This document shows positions 1 to 7,885 of a DNA stretch of 44,557 bases, piece by piece. Within the stretch, counting starts at the first letter, position 1; the number at the start of each line of letters is the position of its first letter. The stretch is from an uncultured Mycoplasmatota bacterium (GTDB lineage: Bacteria; Bacillota_I; Bacilli_A; RF39; UBA660), in assembly GCA_900554615.1 (NCBI GenBank), contig USIB01000002.1:1-44557 (forward strand). Direction: 5' to 3'. The translations under genes were made by a program, and so were the position numbers. Under the pieces are notes generated by a model that saw nothing but the letters and a program-made list of their open reading frames with translations, was not told where the DNA came from and searched no databases.

Positions 1-63
1 TTCAGTATATTTTTATTTATTTTTATATACATACATATGTCTATATTATAATATAAAAAAGTT

Positions 64-133
64 TATGAGGAAGACTCCTTTTGGAGGCTTACTCATACCA
101 CGTAAAACATAAACTTGTTTATGGTTGAAGTGG
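64..133. repeat. Tandem double-hairpin intergenic repeat, copy E1 (AGAC..GGCT orientation on + strand)
   Basis: TATGAGGAAGACTCC-tttt-GGAGGCTTACTCATA, then CCACGTAAAACATAAAC..GTTTATGGTTGAAGTGG. About 85 nt is homologous to copy E2 at 9001-9065. It lies about 30 nt past the stop of the minus-strand gene 163-609. Confidence 0.8.
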
Positions 134-162
134 CAAAAAGAAAAAACTTAAATAATTAAGTT

Positions 163-609
163 CTATTTCTTTGCTTGTTTTAATGCATTATCTAATGCTT
201 CATATAGAGCATCTATTTTAATAGTACAACCACTTACAGAGTCAGTATAACCATCACTATCTAATTTTACTTTATCTAGTCCTTGATTATCTACAACATT
301 TTTTTCTAAGGCTTCTACTTGAGTATACCATTCTCCTACTTTAGAACCATATTCTACTCCATACATTCCATAAGCATCTCCTAGTTTCTTCTTTGTTGTC
401 TCTACTCCATCTTTAGTATATGTAGTATCTAAGTTTACATCAGTTATTTTACCATTCTTATCTACAGTTACTACTGCTGTTGCTGTATTATTTTGTCCTC
501 CATAACTATCGATAGCGGTACCTGTATATACTCCTTCTTTATATCCCTTAGAACATCCTGATAGTAGTACTAATCCTAATACTGTTACTAAACATAATCT
601 TTTTTTCAT
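163..609 (-). CDS. Lipoprotein with FMN_bind-like domain
   Basis: 148-aa ORF with signal peptide and lipobox LLSGC. C-terminal DSVSGCTIKI resembles the D-x-x-[ST]-G-A-[ST] flavinylation motif of FMN-binding domains (A replaced by C). SD GGAGGATAAG precedes the ATG. Confidence 0.6.
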   Translation of the reverse strand: MKKRLCLVTVLGLVLLSGCSKGYKEGVYTGTAIDSYGGQNNTATAVVTVDKNGKITDVNLDTTYTKDGVETTKKKLGDAYGMYGVEYGSKVGEWYTQVEALEKNVVDNQGLDKVKLDSDGYTDSVSGCTIKIDALYEALDNALKQAKK

Positions 610-692
610 CTTATCCTCCTACTCATATATTATAAATTATTTTTGGGGATTTGACTAGAGGTAAAATATTATTTTTTATTTATTTTACACTT

Positions 693-881
693 TTATCTTG
701 TCTTTTTTCTATATTTTTGGTCTAAAGCATACTCTTTTAATTTTCTAAGTGAGTCTACTGTTGGGTGTTTATAGTCTTCTGGTGTTATTCCATAATGCTC
801 TAGTTCATAGTATGGTGGATAGTTTAAGGCTATTATAAATGTTGAAAATGCTCTTCCTATCTCTACACTTGTATTTATCAT
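693..881 (-). CDS. Small hypothetical protein (62 aa from the internal ATG)
   Basis: ORF-track frame 693-929. The SD AAGGAGGATAAAAAA sits directly before the ATG at 881, so I prefer the shorter start. I recognise no family. Confidence 0.4.
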   Translation of the reverse strand: MINTSVEIGRAFSTFIIALNYPPYYELEHYGITPEDYKHPTVDSLRKLKEYALDQKYRKKTR

Positions 882-969
882 TTTTTTATCCTCCTTTGCT
901 TCATTTATTTTATTCTTTTTATTCTGCATAAATCTCCTCCCATAATTTAATCTTATGCTAGGTATTTTT

Positions 970-2205
970 TTATATGCCTTCTTTTTTATCTAAAAGATGT
1001 TTTATGGCTCTTGTTACTATTATTTTTCCATAACTATAACTTAGGGCTCCCTGCTGGTAGGCTATATATGGACTTCTAAGAGGACCATCACAAGATAGTT
1101 CTATGGAACTTCCTTCGGTAAAACTTCCTGAAGCCATTATTATTTTATCATCATATCCTGGCATTTCTGATGGCATTATTATAGCGTTTGAATCTATTTT
1201 GGAGTTTGATTGGATTCCTCTTACATATTCTATAAGGTCATTTTCTTTTTCAAATATTATATTTTGAACTATATCTACTCTCTCTTCATTGTATTTTGGA
1301 CTTACTTTATATCCTAAATGTTCAAACATATAAGAGGTATATACTGCTGTTTTGATAGCGGCTGCTACTACGCTTGGGGCAAAGTATAATCCTTCTAGTA
1401 TATTTCTATTTTGGTTTAGACTTGGTCCTACTTCTAGGGCTTGTCCAGGTACATTTAGTCTTTCGGCACATAGATTTACTAGGTCTTCTTTTCCTACTAT
1501 ATAACCACCATTAGAGGCTATTCCTCCTCCTAGATTTTTTATTAGTGAGCCTACACAGATATCTGCTCCTACCTCGGTTGGCTCTTTGATACTTACCATT
1601 TCGCAGTAGCAGTTATCTATCATTATGATTACTTCTTTATTTATTTTTCTAATAGTTTTTATTACTTTTTCTATTTTTTCTATACTTATACTCTCTCTTG
1701 TACTATATCCTTTACTTCTTTGTATTTCTATTACTTTGGGTTTGTTATTTTTTAGATAGGCTTCTATTTCTTGGTAATTGAAGTCGTTATTTACAAGGTC
1801 TATTTGGTCGTAATGGATATTATAGGCTTTTAGTGATGATGGATTATCGTTGAAACCTATTACACTATCTAGGGTATCGTATGGTTTTCCACTTATTGAT
1901 AAAAGGGTATCTCCTGGCCTTAATAGGGCGAAGAAGCAAGTTGTAAGAGCGTGTGTTCCAGAGATGAACTGACATCTTACTAAGGCTGACTCGGTTTTGA
2001 ATATGCTGGAATACACTCTTTCTATTTTGTCTCTTCCTATATCGTTATATCCATATCCTGTTGTGGTATTTAAATCTGTTTCATTTATTCCTACTTCTAT
2101 AAAGGCTTCTAGTACTTTGTTACTATTGTATTCTTCTATTATGTCTATCTTTTTATTTATTTCTTCTAGGTCTATTTGACTTTGTTTTTTTAACTCTTCT
2201 AACAT
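970..2205 (-). CDS. ynbB: YnbB / aluminium-resistance family PLP-dependent enzyme (Met_gamma_lyase-like)
   Basis: 411 aa. TGYGYNDIGRD, FISGTHALT and GSLIKNLGGG (PLP lysine context) are typical of the YnbB family. Confidence 0.8.
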   Translation of the reverse strand: MLEELKKQSQIDLEEINKKIDIIEEYNSNKVLEAFIEVGINETDLNTTTGYGYNDIGRDKIERVYSSIFKTESALVRCQFISGTHALTTCFFALLRPGDTLLSISGKPYDTLDSVIGFNDNPSSLKAYNIHYDQIDLVNNDFNYQEIEAYLKNNKPKVIEIQRSKGYSTRESISIEKIEKVIKTIRKINKEVIIMIDNCYCEMVSIKEPTEVGADICVGSLIKNLGGGIASNGGYIVGKEDLVNLCAERLNVPGQALEVGPSLNQNRNILEGLYFAPSVVAAAIKTAVYTSYMFEHLGYKVSPKYNEERVDIVQNIIFEKENDLIEYVRGIQSNSKIDSNAIIMPSEMPGYDDKIIMASGSFTEGSSIELSCDGPLRSPYIAYQQGALSYSYGKIIVTRAIKHLLDKKEGI

Positions 2206-2933
2206 TTTTTTCCTCCATCTATTCTTATTATACTATTATTTATATAACTTGCTTTATCACTTATTAGGAATGATATTAGTTCGGCGACTTCTTCTGGTTT
2301 TCCAAATCTTTTTAATAGTATTTTTTCTTCTTCTTTTTCTTTGAAGTCATTGTCTAGGTTTTGATTCATCTCGGTATCTATCCAGCCTGGGCATACTGTG
2401 TTTACTCTTACATAAGGTGATAGATAGTTTGCTAAGTTATTTGATACGGATATTAGTCCGGCTTTTGATGAGTCATAATCTATGCTCTCTATGTATGGTG
2501 TATCTAGGGCGTTGGTAGAACTTATATTTATTATTACTCCATATTTGTTTTCTTTCATTTTTGTGGCTATTTTTTGACTAAGTAAAAATGGGGCTATTAG
2601 ATTTATGTCTAATATTTTTTTATAATTTTCTTTAGTTTTATCTTCGAAAGTTGTATCTATTGCGATTCCTGCATTATTTATTAGGATATCTATTTTTGGA
2701 TATTTTTGATAGATTTCTTCTAGCATTTTATCTATTTCTTCCTCTTTGGATAAATCACATTGTACCACTAGCGGGATACTATTTGTTTCTTTTGTTATTT
2801 TTTCTTTTAGGTTATTTACTCTATCTTTTCCTTTATTATAATGTAATATTACTTCGTAGTCTTTGGATAGAAGTTCTGCTACTGAAGCGCCAATTCCACT
2901 TGATGAACCTGTTATTAATACTACTTTTTTCAT
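2199..2933 (-). CDS. Short-chain dehydrogenase/reductase (FabG-like)
   Basis: TGSSSGIG cofactor motif, NNAG, and the catalytic S..YxxxK (YDSSK). It overlaps ynbB by 7 nt. Confidence 0.85.
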   Translation of the reverse strand: MKKVVLITGSSSGIGASVAELLSKDYEVILHYNKGKDRVNNLKEKITKETNSIPLVVQCDLSKEEEIDKMLEEIYQKYPKIDILINNAGIAIDTTFEDKTKENYKKILDINLIAPFLLSQKIATKMKENKYGVIINISSTNALDTPYIESIDYDSSKAGLISVSNNLANYLSPYVRVNTVCPGWIDTEMNQNLDNDFKEKEEEKILLKRFGKPEEVAELISFLISDKASYINNSIIRIDGGKKC

Positions 2934-2993
2934 ACTTTCCCTCTTTCTTCTTTGGTATTATATCACATTTTGTATTTTTTTTAAAGAAAATAC

Positions 2994-3022
2994 TTGTCAA
3001 ATGATAAAAAATATGTTATTAT
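2994..3022 (+). promoter_or_regulatory. Sigma-A type promoter for tRNA-His
   Basis: TTGTCA (2994-2999), 17-nt spacer, TATTAT (3017-3022), about 13 nt before the tRNA 5' end. Confidence 0.45.
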
Positions 3023-3035
3023 ATGTATTGTCTAT

Positions 3036-3112
3036 GGCGGAATTGGTGAAGGGGTTAACACGGTGGATTGTGGTTCCATTATGCGTGGGTTCGAGTCCCA
3101 CATTCCGTCCCA
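3036..3112 (+). tRNA. tRNA-His (anticodon GTG)
   Basis: Hand-folded cloverleaf: acceptor GCGGAAT/ATTCCGT, extra G-1 opposite discriminator C73 (His hallmark), anticodon loop TTGTGGT, T arm GTGGG-TTCGAGT-CCCAC, encoded CCA. Confidence 0.9.
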
Positions 3113-3132
3113 GATATATGTATTTTAGCATG

Positions 3133-3170
3133 ACCAACTCAACTTCACATGGGTTGGTTTTCCTTTTTAT
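3133..3170 (+). terminator. Possible intrinsic terminator after tRNA-His
   Basis: ACCAAC (3133-3138) pairs with GTTGGT (3153-3158), followed by TTTCCTTTTTATTT. The loop is long (14 nt), so the hairpin is weak. Confidence 0.4.
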
Positions 3171-3221
3171 TTAAAATTACTATGGCTTATCGTGGTAGTT
3201 TTTTTATTTTATATTGTTATA

Positions 3222-3250
3222 AAAGACTTGGAATAATTATCCAAGTCTTT
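3222..3250 (-). terminator. Hairpin overlapping the yqeY stop codon
   Basis: AAAGACTTGGA (3222-3232) / TCCAAGTCTTT (3240-3250), an 11-bp perfect stem. The U-run is short on the minus strand. Confidence 0.5.
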
Positions 3251-3680
3251 CTTTTACTAATTTGTTTACTAAGGACATATCTGCTTTTCCTTTTACAAGT
3301 GGAGAGATTGTTTTCATTAGTAATCCCATATCTTTTGGTGATGATGGCTTTACTTCTTCAAATGCTTTATCTATTATTTCATTTAACTCTTCCTCTGTTA
3401 ATTGTTTTGGCATATATGTATTTAGTATTTCTATTTCTTTTTCATTTTGTTCTACTAAATCACTTCTACCAGCAGCAGCAAACTCTTTTATGGAATCTTT
3501 TCTCATTTTTATTTGTTTTGAGATTACCATAATTACATCTTCATCTGTTAATTCTTCTCTTGGATTTGGTTTTGCTAATTGCATAGCACCCTTTATCATT
3601 CTGATAACTCCAAGACGAAAACTATCTTTATTTTTCATTGCTTCTTTTAAGTCGTTATTTATTTTTTCTGATAGTGGCAT
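3237..3680 (-). CDS. yqeY: GatB/YqeY domain protein
   Basis: 147 aa with the N-terminus MPLSEKINNDLKEAMKNKD...R.IK typical of YqeY. It lies directly downstream of rpsU, as in Bacillus. Confidence 0.85.
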   Translation of the reverse strand: MPLSEKINNDLKEAMKNKDSFRLGVIRMIKGAMQLAKPNPREELTDEDVIMVISKQIKMRKDSIKEFAAAGRSDLVEQNEKEIEILNTYMPKQLTEEELNEIIDKAFEEVKPSSPKDMGLLMKTISPLVKGKADMSLVNKLVKERLG

Positions 3681-3694
3681 TACGATGACCTCCT

Positions 3695-3904
3695 TTAGTA
3701 ATTTCTTTTATTTTTTTTACGAGAGTTTATTGTGTTTTTTTTCTTCTCTTCTTTTAACCTTACCCCTGGTTTTTTGTAGCCCTCTGCTCTTTCTTTAGCC
3801 TTAGAGAGATTTCCGTTACGTGCAACTTGTGTCTTGAATCTTCTTAATGCAAACTCTACATCATTATTCTTTACGTTAACGGTTACTTTAGTACCTGCTG
3901 ACAT
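3695..3904 (-). CDS. rpsU: 30S ribosomal protein S21
   Basis: 69 aa, contains the ALRRFK motif and a basic C-terminal tail. Strong SD GGAAGGAGGGA. Confidence 0.9.
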   Translation of the reverse strand: MSAGTKVTVNVKNNDVEFALRRFKTQVARNGNLSKAKERAEGYKKPGVRLKEEKKKNTINSRKKNKRNY

Positions 3905-3933
3905 TCTATCCCTCCTTCCGCTTTTTCATTAAG

Positions 3934-3962
3934 ATTATATCATTATTTGTTATATTTTACAA
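3934..3962 (-). promoter_or_regulatory. Sigma-A type promoter for rpsU-yqeY
   Basis: Minus strand: TTGTAA (3962-3957), 17-nt spacer, TATAAT (3939-3934), about 30 nt upstream of the rpsU ATG. Confidence 0.55.
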
Positions 3963-4151
3963 GCAGTAAAGGATATTTTTTTGATAAAATGTGACTTTTT
4001 TTGCTATTTGGAGCAGAAAGGGCTACCACTCTACATAGTGGATGGGATTGTTTCTAACCTTTATATAGGGGATTTTCTGCTTCCTAGAGGATTAACCTCG
4101 TCCACAGACTTAACTTCCGACTGGCATGGCCGTACCTTTTTATTTTATTAT

Positions 4152-4325
4152 TTATCTTTGTATATCACACATTTTGTTCTCTGCTTTTCTTCTTATATAA
4201 TTTCCTAGAGACTCTCCTATCGAAAATATTACTTCAATTGTCTTGTAAATAGCGGTAAGCATTCCTGATGTTATTGAGTCTCCTCCACTTACATTTTGCA
4301 TTTCTTCATTTTTTAACTCTTTCAT
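4152..4325 (-). CDS. Double-glycine-leader bacteriocin precursor B (57 aa)
   Basis: Hand translation gives MKELKNEEMQNVSGG|DSITSGMLTAIYKTIEVIFSIGESLGNYIRRKAENKMCDIQR. SD AAAGGAGAAC precedes the ATG. It is not in the ORF track because it is shorter than 60 aa. Confidence 0.75.
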   Translation of the reverse strand: MKELKNEEMQNVSGGDSITSGMLTAIYKTIEVIFSIGESLGNYIRRKAENKMCDIQR

Positions 4326-4340
4326 TATGTTCTCCTTTCT

Positions 4341-4481
4341 TTAACTACATTTTTTAGGATTTGAATAGCCATATAATAATCCTGAAATGAAGGCTATAAC
4401 TGCACTTATTACTCCTCCTAGAACTACTGTATTAACTCCTCCATTTATTTCTTTCATTTCTTCTGTTTTTAATTCTCTCAT
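4341..4481 (-). CDS. Double-glycine-leader bacteriocin precursor A (46 aa)
   Basis: Hand translation gives MRELKTEEMKEINGG|VNTVVLGGVISAVIAFISGLLYGYSNPKKCS. SD AGGAAGTGA sits 5 nt before the ATG, which is 5 nt after the accessory-gene stop. The mature part is hydrophobic and rich in GxxxG motifs. Confidence 0.8.
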   Translation of the reverse strand: MRELKTEEMKEINGGVNTVVLGGVISAVIAFISGLLYGYSNPKKCS

Positions 4482-4485
4482 TTTT

Positions 4486-4911
4486 TCACTTCCTTAATAT
4501 ATATTTTATTATTTTTTTATTTTCTTTTATTAGCCTTAAATCTAATGTTAAATTATTATACTTATATTTATTTGGAAGATTTAATTCTAATATTATTATT
4601 TGATATGTTCTTTTATTATCTGTAATATATTTTCTATCTATTTCCTTTATTTTATATTTATATTCTTCTTTATCTATTATAATAGTATCATTTTTGGTTA
4701 TATATTTTATATCCTCTAGGGGGACAATTATTTTTATAGAGTAGTCTTCTTCGGATAATACTATTCCTCTTACTTTGTAATATATTTTATAATTAAATAG
4801 TATAGCAAATGTAATTAGGGAAAGTATTGTTATTATTATTATCATTATATAAATATATACATAGTATTTTATTTTTCTTTCTAGTATTATTTCTACATCT
4901 ATATGATTCAT
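4486..4911 (-). CDS. Miniature bacteriocin-export accessory protein (single TM, HlyD/LcnD-like role inferred)
   Basis: 141 aa with one N-terminal TM helix (YVYIYIMIIIITILSLITFAILF). The start overlaps the ABC stop (ATGA). The function is inferred from position only. Confidence 0.5.
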   Translation of the reverse strand: MNHIDVEIILERKIKYYVYIYIMIIIITILSLITFAILFNYKIYYKVRGIVLSEEDYSIKIIVPLEDIKYITKNDTIIIDKEEYKYKIKEIDRKYITDNKRTYQIIILELNLPNKYKYNNLTLDLRLIKENKKIIKYILRK

Positions 4912-6989
4912 TTATTTACCTCCTCTAGAGAGTATACTTCTCCATCTTCTATTTTTATTATTCTATTATATAGGTCATTATTATCTCTTCGATGAGATAC
5001 TATTATGAATGTTTTATTATGAAAATATGTGAATATATCTTGTAATATTTCTCTTTCTAATTTTATATCTATTTGATTTAGGCCTTCGTCTATCATTATT
5101 ATTTTACTACTCTTTAGTAATCCTCTTGCTAGTATTATTCTTTGTCTTTGTCCTCCACTTATATTTATTCCATTTTCTTCGATTAAATAGTCATATCCTA
5201 ATGCATTATCTTTTACGATATCATCTATATGAAGTATTTTACATATATTTAAGTAATCTATTTCACTTATATCTCTATTTAATAGGATATTATTTCTTAT
5301 GGTATCATTAAATAGTTGTTCATTCTGGGATATATATGTTATGTTTTTTCTTATATCTGATAGGCTATAATCGTTTATATCATAATTATTTATATATATT
5401 GTTTTTCTGTCCGCCTCTAAATATTTATATAATAATTTTAATATAGTTGATTTTCCTGAGCCAGAAGAACCTAGTAATAATACTCTATCTTTATCTTTAA
5501 TAAATAAATTTATATCTTTTAAGATTATATTTTTATTATTATAAGTATACTTTAGATTGGTTATTTTTATATTTCCATTTATTTCTAATATTTCTTTTTC
5601 GTTTATTTTTTCTTGGGATACTTCTAATAAATTATTTGCCCTTGTTATACTACTTTTTACATAATGATAATCATAAATTATATCTATTATATTTCTAACT
5701 GGATATATTAAATAGTTTGTCATAAAACTTATTGTTATATAGTCTCCTACTGTCATACTATTATTCATTATTTCTTTTAATATATAGAAGTTTATTAGTA
5801 GTATAGAAATATCCATTATATAATCTTTTAATAATACTATGATGTTATTTTGTTTATCTATATGATATTTTGTATTTAAAAGAGATGTATAATCTTTTGT
5901 AAACTTATATATTATCTTATCTTCTATATTTAATCCTTTTATGGCCTCAAAGTTATTTACGGCTTCTATTATATTTTTGTTGGTTTGGGCTACCTCTTCT
6001 TGAACTTTAACTGTTTGATATTTTATTTTTTTATTAAAGATTATTATTATTAAAAGGTATAATAAGTCTACTAGTAAATAGATATTTAATATTTGTTTAT
6101 TTATATTAGATATCACTATTATTGCCGCTACTAAAAGTAGTAAGTCTAATAATATGGTTACTATTAGTTTTGAAATAAATGTTTTTATGTTGGATAAATC
6201 GTTTATTCTTGATAATACTTCTGAAGATGTTCTATTTTTATAGTAATTATAGGGAAGTAAAATTACTTTAGTGAATGCTGTTAGAAGGATTTTTATATCT
6301 AGTTTTTGATTTAAATAGATTAAGAGATGATTTCTAATGTAATTTGTTATATTTTTTATTATTAACAAAATGAAGAATGCTATTGTTATTACTATTAGAT
6401 TATTTATCTCTGTATCTATTACTTTATCTAATATTATTTGTGAATAAAGACTAATTAAGCAAGATAGTAATGTTACTATTATGGATAGGATTATTATGAA
6501 GATTATTATTTTTTTATTGCTTGTTAATACTTTTATTATCTCTTTATTTAGACATTTGGTATTTTTATAATCTGGTAATATTCCTACTTTTTCTAATATC
6601 ATTATATAGCCTGTCCATATATTATTAAAGTCAAAGATATCCATTATTACTTTTCCTATTGCTGGGTCCATTATTAGTAGTTTATTATTATTTACTTTAT
6701 AGACTACGATAAAATGCATACTACTATTTTTGCTTACTTGACATATAAATGGTGAAGTTATTTCTTTTATTTTTTCTATTTCTTCTACCTTATAACTTTT
6801 GGCTATTAGTCCGATTTGATTAGAGGCTTCTTTGATATTATAGAATGTTGTTCCCTCTTTAGTTGTTTTTGTCATATCTATTATTTTTTCTTTAGATATG
6901 TTTCCTCCGTAGTAGCGGACTACTGATAAAAGACAAGATGCTCCGCAGTCTTTATTTCCTTCTTGTAAGACTATTAAACTTTTTTTCAT
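4908..6989 (-). CDS. Bacteriocin-processing ABC transporter with N-terminal C39 peptidase domain
   Basis: 693 aa. C39 catalytic context QEGNKDCGASCLL with downstream His (MHFIVVY), six-TM region, Walker A GSSGSGKST, signature ISGGQRQR, Walker B IIMIDEG. Confidence 0.9.
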   Translation of the reverse strand: MKKSLIVLQEGNKDCGASCLLSVVRYYGGNISKEKIIDMTKTTKEGTTFYNIKEASNQIGLIAKSYKVEEIEKIKEITSPFICQVSKNSSMHFIVVYKVNNNKLLIMDPAIGKVIMDIFDFNNIWTGYIMILEKVGILPDYKNTKCLNKEIIKVLTSNKKIIIFIIILSIIVTLLSCLISLYSQIILDKVIDTEINNLIVITIAFFILLIIKNITNYIRNHLLIYLNQKLDIKILLTAFTKVILLPYNYYKNRTSSEVLSRINDLSNIKTFISKLIVTILLDLLLLVAAIIVISNINKQILNIYLLVDLLYLLIIIIFNKKIKYQTVKVQEEVAQTNKNIIEAVNNFEAIKGLNIEDKIIYKFTKDYTSLLNTKYHIDKQNNIIVLLKDYIMDISILLINFYILKEIMNNSMTVGDYITISFMTNYLIYPVRNIIDIIYDYHYVKSSITRANNLLEVSQEKINEKEILEINGNIKITNLKYTYNNKNIILKDINLFIKDKDRVLLLGSSGSGKSTILKLLYKYLEADRKTIYINNYDINDYSLSDIRKNITYISQNEQLFNDTIRNNILLNRDISEIDYLNICKILHIDDIVKDNALGYDYLIEENGINISGGQRQRIILARGLLKSSKIIMIDEGLNQIDIKLEREILQDIFTYFHNKTFIIVSHRRDNNDLYNRIIKIEDGEVYSLEEVNK

Positions 6990-7019
6990 TTTACCTCCTC
7001 TTATTATTTTTTCTTATAT

Positions 7020-7163
7020 TTATCTTTTGGTTGTTAGTTCATTTAGTAGGTCCATTAGACAACACTTGCAATTTTCTCCTTGTTCTTCTGTTTCTTCTTG
7101 CTCATCTTTTTTCTCTTCTAGTTCTTTTGCTAATTCTTTTTCAATGAATATTGTTAAATACAT
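7020..7163 (-). CDS. 47-aa acidic peptide with CxCC motif, first ORF of the bacteriocin operon
   Basis: Hand translation gives MYLTIFIEKELAKELEEKKDEQEETEEQGENCKCCLMDLLNELTTKR. The 16 nt AGGAAGTGAAAAAATG (SD plus start) is identical to that of precursor A. It ends 30 nt before the ABC start. Confidence 0.45.
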   Translation of the reverse strand: MYLTIFIEKELAKELEEKKDEQEETEEQGENCKCCLMDLLNELTTKR

Positions 7164-7591
7164 TTTTTCACTTCCTTTCTTTTTGTTTTTTTATTGATAG
7201 ACACTTCGTCCCGTGCGCCTCACCTCCTTCATATATTAAATACTCCAATTTTTTCGTGTTTTGCCAAAATTACGATAATTTGTTTAAAAAAGTTGAAAAA
7301 GCATACAAAAAACGAACGTAAAATTAACTTCTAGTTAATAATTTGACTCATTTTTGACTATTTTGAGTTATCCACAGGGGGCCTAGAAAAACATGTTTTG
7401 AGGGATGTACCTATTTTATTGGTAAGATTATTACCTAAAATGTATATTTTATACCAATACTAAAAAGTGCAAATAGTAACCTCTATTTACCATCTTACAA
7501 AACTTTTTTATAAAAATATACTTAGATTTCACTGGAAACATAAACCCATTTATGATTGAAATAGATAAGAAAATGTTAAGAAAATAAATTA

Positions 7592-7862
7592 ATGAAAAGA
7601 TACGAAATTAGAGGTAAGCAGGTAATGTTAGATTGTGATGTAGTATTTCTTTTTGATTATCAAACTAAAAAATCAAATAGAAATGTAAAAAATAGTATTG
7701 AAAGGTTTCCTGAAAATTATTGCTTTAGGCTAAATGAATAAGAATATGAATTCTTGAGGTGAAAAAATTGCACTTCAAGTAACAACAAAAAAAGTCCATA
7801 CATTTCTGTATGAAACTTTTTTGACGACTCACGACTTCAAAAGTTTCCTGAGTACTAATCAA
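7592..7862 (+). pseudogene. Decayed ORF6N (KilA-N superfamily) gene, N-terminal part
   Basis: MKRYEIRGKQVMLDCDVVFLFDYQTKKSNRNVKNSIERFPENYCFRLNE*EYEFLR*KNCTSS matches the IRGxQVMLDxDLA..TK.LN..VKRNxxRFPxDFxFQL core of ORF6N as I recall it. Two in-frame stops (7739, 7760) are followed by loss of frame. Confidence 0.6.
7824..7862. repeat. 39-nt direct repeat, left copy, flanking the Abi gene
   Basis: ACGACTCACGACTTCAAAAGTTTCCTGAGTACTAATCAA matches 8782-8820 at 35 of 39 positions. Confidence 0.85.
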
Positions 7863-7885
7863 TATTATTATATACTTTTTTAATT

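Noticed and set aside
3262-3798. Long plus-strand ORFs antisense to minus-strand genes, also at 2651-3004, 9947-10426, 15949-16287, 31620-32042 (minus) and 43267-43989.
   Set aside because: They are Leu/Phe/Ser-rich mirror frames of well-supported genes in AT-rich DNA, and none has an SD or family features.
4060-4100. The minus strand reads CCTCTAGGAAGCAGAAAATCC, reminiscent of the GGAAGCAGC core of SRP (4.5S/scRNA) domain IV.
   Set aside because: The would-be tetraloop is TCTA rather than GGAA/GNRA, the 5' side of the conserved internal loops is missing, and the ends of the segment cannot pair into the long SRP hairpin.
3981-4208. A 75-aa plus-strand ORF from the track.
   Set aside because: It starts at TTG without an SD, runs through the structured GC-rich segment and antisense to bacteriocin gene B, and has an implausible composition.
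7191-7232. A 13-codon mini-ORF (MKEVRRTGRSVYQ) in a GC-rich patch whose plus strand reads CCTCACCTCCTT, like the 16S 3' end.
   Set aside because: It is too short to evaluate, and it may simply be a perfect SD-like string (GAAGGAGGTGA) in the operon leader. I noted it only as a possible leader peptide or ribosome-sequestering element.
7368-7376. A perfect DnaA box, TTATCCACA.
   Set aside because: It is a single isolated copy. There is no cluster, no dnaA/dnaN context and no AT-rich unwinding element distinct from the background.
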